NCBI GenBank assembly: GCA_044892525.1
Contig: CM097885.1
Span: 237,400,001-237,460,000 of the forward strand
Source of the DNA: Schmidtea polychroa
Lineage: Eukaryota
DNA: 60,000 nucleotides
Direction: 5' to 3'
Below are positions 41,076 to 55,200 of the stretch, in pieces; within the stretch, counting starts at the first letter, position 1; each line of letters begins with the position of its first letter. The translations under genes were made by a program, and so were the position numbers. The notes under the pieces were generated by a model. That model was not told the DNA's origin and searched no databases. It worked only from the letters and a program-made list of their open reading frames with translations.

Positions 41076-42010
41076 CACTATAGTGAGGGGGTCTCGATGG
41101 TCCTGGGATTTTCAATACAAAAAAATTTTTTCTATACAAAAACGATGGTCCTGGGATTTTCAATACAAAAAAAATTTTTCTATACAAAAATCCGACTACC
41201 ACTAAAAAAGCATGGAATTTTCAGACTATAGTGAGGGGGTCTCGATGGTCCTGGGATTTTCAATACAAATAAAATTTTTTCAATACAAAAACGATGGTCC
41301 TGGGATTTTCAATACAAAAAAAAAATTTTCTATACAAAAACGATGGTCCTGGGATTTTCAATACAAAAAAAATTTTCTATACAAAAATCCGACTACCAAT
41401 AAAAAGCCTGGATTATTCACGCTATAGTGAAGGGGTCTCGATGGTCCTGGGAATTTCAATACAAAAATCCGACTACCACTAAAAAAGCCAAGGATTTTTC
41501 AGACTATAGTGAGGTGAGTCTCCTTGGTCCTGAGAAATAGGTGGTCTACACTAGAAAAACGTGGTAATTTAAGGTCTCAGGATATTTTCTATACAAAAAT
41601 CCGACTACCAATAAAAAAGCATGGTAATTTAAGGTCTCAGGATATTTTCAATACAAAAAGGCGGTCTACACTAAAAAAAGCCAAGGATTTTTCAGACTAT
41701 AGTGAGGTGAGTCTCCTTGGTCCTGAGAAATAGGTGGTCTACACTAAAAAGCATGGTAATTTAAGGTCTCAGGATATTTTCAATACAAAAAGGCGGTCTC
41801 ACTAAAAAAGCATGGATTTTTCAGACTATAGTGAGGTGAGTCTCCTTGGTCCTGAGAAATAGGTGGTCTACACTAAAAACCATGGTAATTTAAGGTCTCA
41901 GGATATTTTCAATACAAATAGGCGGTCTCACTAAAAAAGCATGGATTTTTCAGACTATAGTGAGGTGAGTCTCCTTGGACCTGAGAAAAAGGTGGTCTAC
42001 ACTAAAAAAC
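41076..42010 (+). repeat. Subterminal repeat array (units ~48-148 bp with CTATAGTGAGG and GGTCTC motifs); mirrored at ~54450-55490
   Basis: Seen directly. Confidence 0.9.
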
Positions 42011-42019
42011 GTGGTAAAT

Positions 42020-42480
42020 TTTTCAATTAAAGTAAATAATGGTTCTAAAAAATTAAATTAAAGTAAATTATGGTCCAAATTTTTCAATTAAAGTAAATAA
42101 TGGTCCAAATTTTTCAATTAAAGTAAATAATGGTCCAATTTTTTCAATTACAGTAAATAATGGTTCTAAAAAAATAAAATTACAGTAAATATTGGTTCTA
42201 AAAAATTAAATTACAGTAAATTATGGTTCTAAAAATTAAATTAAAGTAAATTATGGTCCAAATTTTTAAATTAAAGTAAATTATGGTCCAAATTTTTGAA
42301 TTAAAGTAAATTATGGTCCAAATTTTTAAATTAAAGTAAATTATGGTCCAAATTTTTGAATTAAAGTAAATTATGGTCCAAATTTTTAAATTAAAGTAAA
42401 TTAAGGTTCTTAAAAATTAAATTACAGTAAATAATGGTCCAAATTTTAAAATTAAGTAATCAATGGTAAAAAAATTTTAA
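42020..42480 (+). repeat. 30-bp minisatellite TTAAAGTAAATTATGGTCCAAATTTTTAAA; mirrored at ~54050-54445
   Basis: Seen directly. Confidence 0.9.
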
Positions 42481-42789
42481 ATAAGTAAATTAAAGTAATA
42501 ATTTTTAAATAAGTAAATTAAAGTAAGATTTTAAAATTTATTAACAAAAAGTAGAAATAATAGAAGGTGTTTGAGAATTGAAATTTTTTAATGAAAATTT
42601 TAATGAAATATTTTTCAATGGTAATTTTTAATGGAAATTTAATGGAATAATTTTTTAAGTTAATTTTTAATGGAAATTTTTAAGAAATATTTTTCAATGA
42701 TAATTTTAGATGGAAATTTTTAAGATAATTTTTAATGAAAATTTTTATGAAATATTTTTCAAAGACAAATTTTAATAATAATTCAACAA

Positions 42790-43895
42790 CAAACCAACAA
42801 CTTAGTACCAACAACCAGTAACTTACGAACATGTATTTGCAACCAGTTACCTAAAACTAGATACTAACAACCAGTTACCTGATACCAAGTACAAGATACC
42901 AAATAATAACAACCGACAATAACCAAGTACTAAGCCATGTCAATTAGATACCAAGTACTTACAACCAACATCAACCAGATACCTACAACTAGATACCAAC
43001 AACCAGTTACCAACTACTAAGTACCTACAACCAACTAAGTACTAACAACCAACATCAACCAGGTACTAAGCATTATCAACCAAGTACTAACAACTAGATA
43101 ACAAGTACTAAGCCCTGTCAACTAGATATCAAGTACTAAATAACTCTCAAACAACCAAGTACCTACAACTAATTACCAGATACCAAGTACTATCAACCAG
43201 CTAACAACCTGATACCAACTACTCACAACCAGATAACAACTAACAACTAGCTACCAAGTACATACAACTAGTTACTAACAACTAGCTACCAACTACTAAG
43301 TACTAACAACCAACATCAACCAGGTACTAAGCATTATCAACCAAGTACTAACAACTAGATACCTAGTTACTAACAACCCGCTAACAACTAACAACTAGAT
43401 ACCAAGTACCAGTAAATTACGAACATGTATTAACAACCAGATACCTACAACTAGTTACTAACAACTAGTTACCTGATAGCAACCAACTAGCTACCAACTA
43501 CTAAGTACCTACAACCAACATCAACCAGGTACTAAGCATTAATTACCAACTACTAAGTACCTACAACCAACTAACAACCACCTACCAAGTACTAAGCATT
43601 ATCAACCAACTACTAAGTACCTACAACCAACTAGCTACCACCTACCAAGTACTAACAACCAACTAACAACCACCTACCAAGTACTAAGCATTATCAACCA
43701 ACTACTAAGTACCTACAACCAACTAGCTACCACCTACCAAGTACTAACAACCAGTTACCAACTACTAAGCATTAATTACCTACAACTAGTTACTAACAAC
43801 TAGCTACCAGACACTAAGCATTATCAACCAAGTACTAACAACCAAGTAACTTGCCTAGTACTAAGCACTGTCAACTAGATACCAAACACTTACAA
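42790..43895 (+). repeat. Strand-biased C/A-rich mosaic repeat (CAACCAAGTACTAA-type); mirrored at ~52605-53710
   Basis: Seen directly. Confidence 0.9.
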
Positions 43896-44201
43896 CCAGA
43901 AGACCACATGAAATTATTGGTTAAATATGAAAATAAGGATTATATTTAGTTGTTAAGTAAATTATGGTGTAAAATTAAGAAATAAAGAATAATTAGGTAA
44001 ATTAAGGATAAGTAAATTAAAGTTAAAAATTTTAAATTAAAGAAAACAATGGTTCAAAATTTAAAATTAAGTATCCAATGGTTCAAATTTTAAATTAAAG
44101 CTAAATAAGTAAATTAAACTAAGATTTTTAAATTTATTATCAAAAGATTGAATAACCACCAACTTTTTTGAGAAATGTAATTTTTAATGAAAATTTAAAT
44201 G

Positions 44202-44243
<42 letters not shown>

Positions 44244-45604
44244 TAATAATAATAATTCAACAGTTACCAACAATCGGTTACTAAATATTTTTAACTAGGT
44301 GCTAACAAATACTTTCAACATGATACCACGTACTAACTAACTCTCAAACAACCACATACTTACAACTATCTACTTACAATCAACTAAATATTCTTTATTG
44401 TATTTTATGAAATGCTTTTTAAATTAATATTTTTTATACAGCTTCTATAATAATTTTAATTACAATCAGTAGAAAAACCTTTTCAAAATGTCTAAATTTA
44501 ACAAAAATGTTGATTTTCATCAAAAAACCACAACTCAACCACTTTAAAACACCACGTGGAATTCAAAATAATTACAATGAAAGACTAATGAATTCTAATT
44601 TACAAAACATTCTTCTTTTAAATCATAACTACTGACTTATTATTGCAATGTAAAAATCGCATTCAATAAATACTTATTGTTGATCAGTTTTATTATATAT
44701 ACTCTGACTTTATCCGACAGGATGTTTTGACCCCCTAAGGGTACAGGTCGTAAGGGTACTAGTCGTAAGGGTATTGGTAACACTCAACCACCACCTACCC
44801 ATTAACTAGTTACTAAGTACTATCAACAAGCTATCAACCAGATACCAAGTACTCACAACCGATAACAACCAGGTACTAAGCATTATCAACCTACAACTAT
44901 ATAACAACAATCAGTAAACAACATTGTACCTACTACCAAATACAAGATACCAACAACTTAGTACCAACAATCAACTAACAACACATAAAAATAATAGCAA
45001 TTAAATACAAAATATTCTTCATCGCATACACTATTTTCTTATCAAAATCTAAAAAGTCAACCAACTACTTACAACCTACAACTATGTACTAACAAATTGA
45101 TCTTTAAAAGCAAATACTCATCACTTGAAAAATTAGATGGAAAATTAATTGAACTCAAGGCATCAATAACTAGGTAAAATTTGATTAAATTATTGTAAAA
45201 ATTTAAATTATTCAAAATAAATATCATAAAAATTTAATTAATGGACAGGAAAAAATTCTAATCATTAATCATCCAGTAAATAAAAAAAATACTGATCATT
45301 CAAGTTGAATCAACTAAGATAATAAATTAATAAAAGTTTTGAAATAAGATCTAGATTTAGATTGAATAAAATTAATTTTAATTATTTTTGTAAAAGTAAT
45401 ACATGTACTCAAATTGATTGACTGATTTCTCAATATATTCAAAAAATCAGTATAAATTCATTACAATTATCAAAGTCAGCAATCTACAATAAAAATAATA
45501 TTCATTAAATTCCAAAAGAGACTAGATAACTAATGATAACATCTAACAAACCAGTAAATTCATTTAAATGACAATAATTGGTATATCCAAGTGAATTCTC
45601 TAAT

Positions 45605-46080
45605 AAAATCATCTAAAAAGAATCATTTTCCCTAAATATATCAATATTTAAAGATTGGTATTTTAATGATAAGTACTTGTTAAAGATCATATATTCACCT
45701 CAAACTAACAAGATTCCTTAAAATCCCCTTAAATGACTACATTTCTATCCTTAATTCATATTATTACAAATATCATCTAAAAAGCATCAAATTTCATTGA
45801 AATAACACTATCTTTAAAGATTGATATTTTAAAGATAAGTACTCATAAAAGACTATATATTCACCTCAAACTAACAAGATTCCTTAAAATCTCTTAAATG
45901 ACTATATTTCTACCCTTAATCCATATTATTACAAATATTTCACTAAAATCATCTAAAAAGCATCAAATTTCCCTGAAATAACTATCTTTAAAGATTAGTA
46001 TTTTATCGATAAATATCCTTAAAAGGTTATATATTTACCTCAGACTAATAAGATTGCTTAAAATCCCCTTTAAATGACTT
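45605..46080 (+). repeat. Three diverged ~170-bp tandem units; mirrored at ~50420-50895
   Basis: ATCATCTAAAAAG...AAGATTCCTTAAAATC recurs three times. Confidence 0.8.
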
Positions 46081-46499
46081 TAATTCCTATTATCACGAAT
46101 ATTATAAAACATGTAAAATAATTTGGTCATTAACCCTAAATAATTGATAAAATCTAATGATAAAACCGGTTATAATTAACTTTTTGTTAATCACTGTACT
46201 CGAAATTTAAAATAAATATAACTGACTAGGTCCCATTAAAAGATTAAATTTATCCATTCAATAAAATATATTTCTTCAAATGGTCAACTTTTGTCGTTGT
46301 CCACCTAAATAAAGATAAAAATAATTTAAAGTTGATATCAATCCCAATTATCTGTAAAGTTTTCATCGTCAAAACCAAGTAAATCGATCATTATCCCTAC
46401 TTAATAAAACATAAATCTAAATTAATATACAATGAATTAATCACAATCTAATAAAACGATATAATTATTATTGATTCATAACTGACTAATTGACATTTC

Positions 46500-46880
46500 C
46501 CTTAAAACAATGATATTTTACCAACATCACCCTTAAAAAATCATATATTCCCATCGAAACCCTTCCCTCATTAAAAGCAACCGACTATATCTCCCTCACA
46601 ATAATATATTCCCATCTTAACCCATCTCACATTAAATCTAACCGACTATATCCCCTTAAAAGATCATATTTTCCCCATCTTAACCGACCTCTCATTAAAT
46701 CTAACCAACAATATCCCATCTTAACCGATCTCTCATTAAATCTAACCGACTATATCCCTTTAAAAATCGTATATTCCCATCTTAACCCATCCCTCATTAA
46801 ATTTAATAACCGACAATATCCCATCTTATCCGATCTCTCAGCAAATATTTCTACCCTTTTAAACATCTAACCGAATATAT
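46500..46880 (+). repeat. Diverged ~40-60-bp repeats (CCCATCTTAACC...CATTAAATCTAACCGAC); mirrored at ~49620-50000
   Basis: Seen directly. Confidence 0.8.
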
Positions 46881-47410
46881 CCTTCAATTCTACCCACTTG
46901 AATCCTCCTTTAATTCAATTCAGTCTTAAAATCTTTAAAGAACTTCAAAAATATGACTTAATTGTTATAGACACCAAATATTCTTCCATTGAAATAATTT
47001 AGTAACTATGTAGTAAGAGTTCACCAAAAGATCAAAAATCAATATTTTCTACAAATATTTACCATCAAATACTGGAGATGATATATATTGATTGATCATA
47101 ATTCTTCATCGATTCAACCAATGATTTTCAAGCAATAACAGCAAACTACAATCATTTTCAAGTAAGTTAACTGGTCTCTTAGCTTATGTTTTTTAAAGTT
47201 CATCAATGAGTAAATATTCTTAGAAAAATATTGAAAACATTATTTAGTCAAATACATTACAAAGTTATCATCAAAAATCACTTAATTATTAACCTAATTG
47301 TCAATGAAATTAATTTTTATTTAAAAACTATTCAATAAAATACAACTAATTATCAAGAAATTAATTAAATTTATCATAGAACTAACTTTAAATATTCATT
47401 CAATAAACAT

Positions 47411-47745
47411 GAAATTCACAAAAAACGATAAAAATTCACAAAAATAATAGAAATTCACAAAAATAATAGAAATTCACAAAAATAATAGAAATTCACAAAA
47501 ATAATAGAAATTCACAAAAAACGATAAAAATTCACAAGAATGATAGAAATTCACAAAAAACGATAAAAATTCACAAGAATGATAGAAATTCACAAGAATG
47601 ATAAAAATCCACAAGAATAATAGAAATTCACAAAAATAATAGAAATTCACAAAAATAATAGAAATTCACAAAAAACGATAAAAATTCACAAGAATGATAG
47701 AAATTCATAAAAATGATAGAAATTCACAAAAAAGATAGAAATTTA
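47411..47745 (+). repeat. 19-bp minisatellite GAAATTCACAAAAATAATA; mirrored at ~48755-49089
   Basis: Seen directly. Confidence 0.9.
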
Positions 47746-50700
47746 CTTGAATAAAACCATCAACTCTAAAAATTATCAATGAATGCCTTATACAAATTTG
47801 CCTAAATAATCATTCAAATAAAAACATTAAATACCTTTACAACTAATACCCTTGCGACATGTTGAATGTGAGTAGTACCCTTGTGAGCAATACCCATAGG
47901 GGGACAGAATATTTTGTCGGATAAACTCAGAGTATATATTAATTAACTCATTTATCATTGAATTAGTCAAATTATCGTAAATTTCGATAAAAATTCTAAA
48001 GTGGTAAGCAATGTAAAGAGAATTATTCTTTAAACTTTGATAAAATTAACAATGAAGGTGGTAAGAATCTTCATTAAAGTGAGGAAATTATTCATTACTC
48101 GATTCAAATGGGTGAAAATAATTGGTAGAATAATCCATTAATGGATCATGGGAGGTAAATAATGAGAAGTGGCATGGATAACATGAAGGTTGATAAGAAT
48201 GGAAGTATATTAAGGGGATTTTAATGATAAGTACTTGTTAAAGATCATATATTCACCTCAAACTAACAAGATTCCTTAAAATCCCCTTAATATACTTCCA
48301 TTCTTATCAACCTTCATGTTATCCATGCCACTTCTCATTATTTACCTCCCATGATCCATTAATGGATTATTCTACCAATTATTTTCACCCATTTGAATCG
48401 AGTAATGAATAATTTCCTCACTTTAATGAAGATTCTTACCACCTTCATTGTTAATTTTATCAAAGTTTAAAGAATAATTCTCTTTACATTGCTTACCACT
48501 TTAGAATTTTTATCGAAATTTACGATAATTTGACTAATTCAATGATAAATGAGTTAATTAATATATACTCTGAGTTTATCCGACAAAATATTCTGTCCCC
48601 CTATGGGTATTGCTCACAAGGGTACTACTCACATTCAACATGTCGCAAGGGTATTAGTTGTAAAGGTATTTAATGTTTTTATTTGAATGATTATTTAGGC
48701 AAATTTGTATAAGGCATTCATTGATAATTTTTAGAGTTGATGGTTTTATTCAAGTAAATTTCTATCTTTTTTGTGAATTTCTATCATTTTTATGAATTTC
48801 TATCATTCTTGTGAATTTTTATCGTTTTTTGTGAATTTCTATTATTTTTGTGAATTTCTATTATTTTTGTGAATTTCTATTATTCTTGTGGATTTTTATC
48901 ATTCTTGTGAATTTCTATCATTCTTGTGAATTTTTATCGTTTTTTGTGAATTTCTATCATTCTTGTGAATTTTTATCGTTTTTTGTGAATTTCTATTATT
49001 TTTGTGAATTTCTATTATTTTTGTGAATTTCTATTATTTTTGTGAATTTCTATTATTTTTGTGAATTTTTATCGTTTTTTGTGAATTTCATGTTTATTGA
49101 ATGAATATTTAAAGTTAGTTCTATGATAAATTTAATTAATTTCTTGATAATTAGTTGTATTTTATTGAATAGTTTTTAAATAAAAATTAATTTCATTGAC
49201 AATTAGGTTAATAATTAAGTGATTTTTGATGATAACTTTGTAATGTATTTGACTAAATAATGTTTTCAATATTTTTCTAAGAATATTTACTCATTGATGA
49301 ACTTTAAAAAACATAAGCTAAGAGACCAGTTAACTTACTTGAAAATGATTGTAGTTTGCTGTTATTGCTTGAAAATCATTGGTTGAATCGATGAAGAATT
49401 ATGATCAATCAATATATATCATCTCCAGTATTTGATGGTAAATATTTGTAGAAAATATTGATTTTTGATCTTTTGGTGAACTCTTACTACATAGTTACTA
49501 AATTATTTCAATGGAAGAATATTTGGTGTCTATAACAATTAAGTCATATTTTTGAAGTTCTTTAAAGATTTTAAGACTGAATTGAATTAAAGGAGGATTC
49601 AAGTGGGTAGAATTGAAGGATATATTCGGTTAGATGTTTAAAAGGGTAGAAATATTTGCTGAGAGATCGGATAAGATGGGATATTGTCGGTTATTAAATT
49701 TAATGAGGGATGGGTTAAGATGGGAATATACGATTTTTAAAGGGATATAGTCGGTTAGATTTAATGAGAGATCGGTTAAGATGGGATATTGTTGGTTAGA
49801 TTTAATGAGAGGTCGGTTAAGATGGGGAAAATATGATCTTTTAAGGGGATATAGTCGGTTAGATTTAATGTGAGATGGGTTAAGATGGGAATATATTATT
49901 GTGAGGGAGATATAGTCGGTTGCTTTTAATGAGGGAAGGGTTTCGATGGGAATATATGATTTTTTAAGGGTGATGTTGGTAAAATATCATTGTTTTAAGG
50001 GAAATGTCAATTAGTCAGTTATGAATCAATAATAATTATATCGTTTTATTAGATTGTGATTAATTCATTGTATATTAATTTAGATTTATGTTTTATTAAG
50101 TAGGGATAATGATCGATTTACTTGGTTTTGACGATGAAAACTTTACAGATAATTGGGATTGATATCAACTTTAAATTATTTTTATCTTTATTTAGGTGGA
50201 CAACGACAAAAGTTGACCATTTGAAGAAATATATTTTATTGAATGGATAAATTTAATCTTTTAATGGGACCTAGTCAGTTATATTTATTTTAAATTTCGA
50301 GTACAGTGATTAACAAAAAGTTAATTATAACCGGTTTTATCATTAGATTTTATCAATTATTTAGGGTTAATGACCAAATTATTTTACATGTTTTATAATA
50401 TTCGTGATAATAGGAATTAAAGTCATTTAAAGGGGATTTTAAGCAATCTTATTAGTCTGAGGTAAATATATAACCTTTTAAGGATATTTATCGATAAAAT
50501 ACTAATCTTTAAAGATAGTTATTTCAGGGAAATTTGATGCTTTTTAGATGATTTTAGTGAAATATTTGTAATAATATGGATTAAGGGTAGAAATATAGTC
50601 ATTTAAGAGATTTTAAGGAATCTTGTTAGTTTGAGGTGAATATATAGTCTTTTATGAGTACTTATCTTTAAAATATCAATCTTTAAAGATAGTGTTATTT

Positions 50701-52256
50701 CAATGAAATTTGATGCTTTTTAGATGATATTTGTAATAATATGAATTAAGGATAGAAATGTAGTCATTTAAGGGGATTTTAAGGAATCTTGTTAGTTTGA
50801 GGTGAATATATGATCTTTAACAAGTACTTATCATTAAAATACCAATCTTTAAATATTGATATATTTAGGGAAAATGATTCTTTTTAGATGATTTTATTAG
50901 AGAATTCACTTGGATATACCAATTATTGTCATTTAAATGAATTTACTGGTTTGTTAGATGTTATCATTAGTTATCTAGTCTCTTTTGGAATTTAATGAAT
51001 ATTATTTTTATTGTAGATTGCTGACTTTGATAATTGTAATGAATTTATACTGATTTTTTGAATATATTGAGAAATCAGTCAATCAATTTGAGTACATGTA
51101 TTACTTTTACAAAAATAATTAAAATTAATTTTATTCAATCTAAATCTAGATCTTATTTCAAAACTTTTATTAATTTATTATCTTAGTTGATTCAACTTGA
51201 ATGATCAGTATTTTTTTTATTTACTGGATGATTAATGATTAGAATTTTTTCCTGTCCATTAATTAAATTTTTATGATATTTATTTTGAATAATTTAAATT
51301 TTTACAATAATTTAATCAAATTTTACCTAGTTATTGATGCCTTGAGTTCAATTAATTTTCCATCTAATTTTTCAAGTGATGAGTATTTGCTTTTAAAGAT
51401 CAATTTGTTAGTACATAGTTGTAGGTTGTAAGTAGTTGGTTGACTTTTTAGATTTTGATAAGAAAATAGTGTATGCGATGAAGAATATTTTGTATTTAAT
51501 TGCTATTATTTTTATGTGTTGTTAGTTGATTGTTGGTACTAAGTTGTTGGTATCTTGTATTTGGTAGTAGGTACAATGTTGTTTACTGATTGTTGTTATA
51601 TAGTTGTAGGTTGATAATGCTTAGTACCTGGTTGTTATCGGTTGTGAGTACTTGGTATCTGGTTGATAGCTTGTTGATAGTACTTAGTAACTAGTTAATG
51701 GGTAGGTGGTGGTTGAGTGTTACCAATACCCTTACGACTAGTACCCTTACGACCTGTACCCTTAGGGGGTCAAAACATCCTGTCGGATAAAGTCAGAGTA
51801 TATATAATAAAACTGATCAACAATAAGTATTTATTGAATGCGATTTTTACATTGCAATAATAAGTCAGTAGTTATGATTTAAAAGAAGAATGTTTTGTAA
51901 ATTAGAATTCATTAGTCTTTCATTGTAATTATTTTGAATTCCACGTGGTGTTTTAAAGTGGTTGAGTTGTGGTTTTTTGATGAAAATCAACATTTTTGTT
52001 AAATTTAGACATTTTGAAAAGGTTTTTCTACTGATTGTAATTAAAATTATTATAGAAGCTGTATAAAAAATATTAATTTAAAAAGCATTTCATAAAATAC
52101 AATAAAGAATATTTAGTTGATTGTAAGTAGATAGTTGTAAGTATGTGGTTGTTTGAGAGTTAGTTAGTACGTGGTATCATGTTGAAAGTATTTGTTAGCA
52201 CCTAGTTAAAAATATTTAGTAACCGATTGTTGGTAACTGTTGAATTATTATTATTA

Positions 52257-52298
<42 letters not shown>

Positions 52299-55200
52299 CA
52301 TTTAAATTTTCATTAAAAATTACATTTCTCAAAAAAGTTGGTGGTTATTCAATCTTTTGATAATAAATTTAAAAATCTTAGTTTAATTTACTTATTTAGC
52401 TTTAATTTAAAATTTGAACCATTGGATACTTAATTTTAAATTTTGAACCATTGTTTTCTTTAATTTAAAATTTTTAACTTTAATTTACTTATCCTTAATT
52501 TACCTAATTATTCTTTATTTCTTAATTTTACACCATAATTTACTTAACAACTAAATATAATCCTTATTTTCATATTTAACCAATAATTTCATGTGGTCTT
52601 CTGGTTGTAAGTGTTTGGTATCTAGTTGACAGTGCTTAGTACTAGGCAAGTTACTTGGTTGTTAGTACTTGGTTGATAATGCTTAGTGTCTGGTAGCTAG
52701 TTGTTAGTAACTAGTTGTAGGTAATTAATGCTTAGTAGTTGGTAACTGGTTGTTAGTACTTGGTAGGTGGTAGCTAGTTGGTTGTAGGTACTTAGTAGTT
52801 GGTTGATAATGCTTAGTACTTGGTAGGTGGTTGTTAGTTGGTTGTTAGTACTTGGTAGGTGGTAGCTAGTTGGTTGTAGGTACTTAGTAGTTGGTTGATA
52901 ATGCTTAGTACTTGGTAGGTGGTTGTTAGTTGGTTGTAGGTACTTAGTAGTTGGTAATTAATGCTTAGTACCTGGTTGATTTTGGTTGTAGGTACTTAGT
53001 AGTTGGTAGCTAGTTGGTTGCTATCAGGTAACTAGTTGTTAGTAACTAGTTGTAGGTATCTGGTTGTTAATACATGTTCGTAATTTACTGGTACTTGGTA
53101 TCTAGTTGTTAGTTGTTAGCGGGTTGTTAGTAACTAGGTATCTAGTTGTTAGTACTTGGTTGATAATGCTTAGTACCTGGTTGATGTTGGTTGTTAGTAC
53201 TTAGTAGTTGGTAGCTAGTTGTTAGTAACTAGTTGTATGTACTTGGTAGCTAGTTGTTAGTTGTTATCTGGTTGTGAGTAGTTGGTATCAGGTTGTTAGC
53301 TGGTTGATAGTACTTGGTATCTGGTAATTAGTTGTAGGTACTTGGTTGTTTGAGAGTTATTTAGTACTTGATATCTAGTTGACAGGGCTTAGTACTTGTT
53401 ATCTAGTTGTTAGTACTTGGTTGATAATGCTTAGTACCTGGTTGATGTTGGTTGTTAGTACTTAGTTGGTTGTAGGTACTTAGTAGTTGGTAACTGGTTG
53501 TTGGTATCTAGTTGTAGGTATCTGGTTGATGTTGGTTGTAAGTACTTGGTATCTAATTGACATGGCTTAGTACTTGGTTATTGTCGGTTGTTATTATTTG
53601 GTATCTTGTACTTGGTATCAGGTAACTGGTTGTTAGTATCTAGTTTTAGGTAACTGGTTGCAAATACATGTTCGTAAGTTACTGGTTGTTGGTACTAAGT
53701 TGTTGGTTTGTTGTTGAATTATTATTAAAATTTGTCTTTGAAAAATATTTCATAAAAATTTTCATTAAAAATTATCTTAAAAATTTCCATCTAAAATTAT
53801 CATTGAAAAATATTTCTTAAAAATTTCCATTAAAAATTAACTTAAAAAATTATTCCATTAAATTTCCATTAAAAATTACCATTGAAAAATATTTCATTAA
53901 AATTTTCATTAAAAAATTTCAATTCTCAAACACCTTCTATTATTTCTACTTTTTGTTAATAAATTTTAAAATCTTACTTTAATTTACTTATTACATTACT
54001 TTAATTTACTTATTTAAAAATTATTACTTTAATTTACTTATTTAAAATTTTTTTACCATTGATTACTTAATTTTAAAATTTGGACCATTATTTACTGTAA
54101 TTTAATTTTTAAGAACCTTAATTTACTTTAATTTAAAAATTTGGACCATAATTTACTTTAATTCAAAAATTTGGACCATAATTTACTTTAATTTAAAAAT
54201 TTGGACCATAATTTACTTTAATTTAATTTTTAGAACCATAATTTACTGTAATTTAATTTTTTAGAACCAATATTTACTGTAATTTTATTTTTTTAGAACC
54301 ATTATTTACTGTAATTGAAAAAATTGGACCATTATTTACTTTAATTGAAAAATTTGGACCATTATTTACTTTAATTGAAAAATTTGGACCATAATTTACT
54401 TTAATTTAATTTTTTAGAACCATTATTTACTTTAATTGAAAAATTTACCACGTTTTTTAGTGTAGACCACCTTTTTCTCAGGTCCAAGGAGACTCACCTC
54501 ACTATAGTCTGAAAAATCCATGCTTTTTTAGTGAGACCGCCTATTTGTATTGAAAATATCCTGAGACCTTAAATTACCATGGTTTTTAGTGTAGACCACC
54601 TATTTCTCAGGACCAAGGAGACTCACCTCACTATAGTCTGAAAAATCCATGCTTTTTTAGTGAGACCGCCTTTTTGTATTGAAAATATCCTGAGACCTTA
54701 AATTACCATGCTTTTTAGTGTAGACCACCTATTTCTCAGGACCAAGGAGACTCACCTCACTATAGTCTGAAAAATCCTTGGCTTTTTTTAGTGTAGACCG
54801 CCTTTTTGTATTGAAAATATCCTGAGACCTTAAATTACCATGCTTTTTTATTGGTAGTCGGATTTTTGTATAGAAAATATCCTGAGACCTTAAATTACCA
54901 CGTTTTTCTAGTGTAGACCACCTATTTCTCAGGACCAAGGAGACTCACCTCACTATAGTCTGAAAAATCCTTGGCTTTTTTAGTGGTAGTCGGATTTTTG
55001 TATTGAAATTCCCAGGACCATCGAGACCCCTTCACTATAGCGTGAATAATCCAGGCTTTTTATTGGTAGTCGGATTTTTGTATAGAAAATTTTTTTTTGT
55101 ATTGAAAGTCCCAGGACCATCGTTTTTGTATTGAAAAAATTTTATTTGTATTGAAAATCCCAGGACCATCGAGACCCCCTCACTATAGTCTGAAAATTCC

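Noticed and set aside
40927..41733. Short ORFs in the palindrome ends (mirrored at 54729-55593)
   Set aside because: Repeat-derived, with no recognisable domain
41480..42010. Regular repeats that superficially resemble a CRISPR array
   Set aside because: Intervening sequences are themselves repeated, there are no cas genes, and the context is eukaryotic; these are subterminal repeats
52605..53710. G/T-rich block as interstitial telomere
   Set aside because: No fixed TTAGGG/TTAGG unit; it is a mosaic repeat internal to the element
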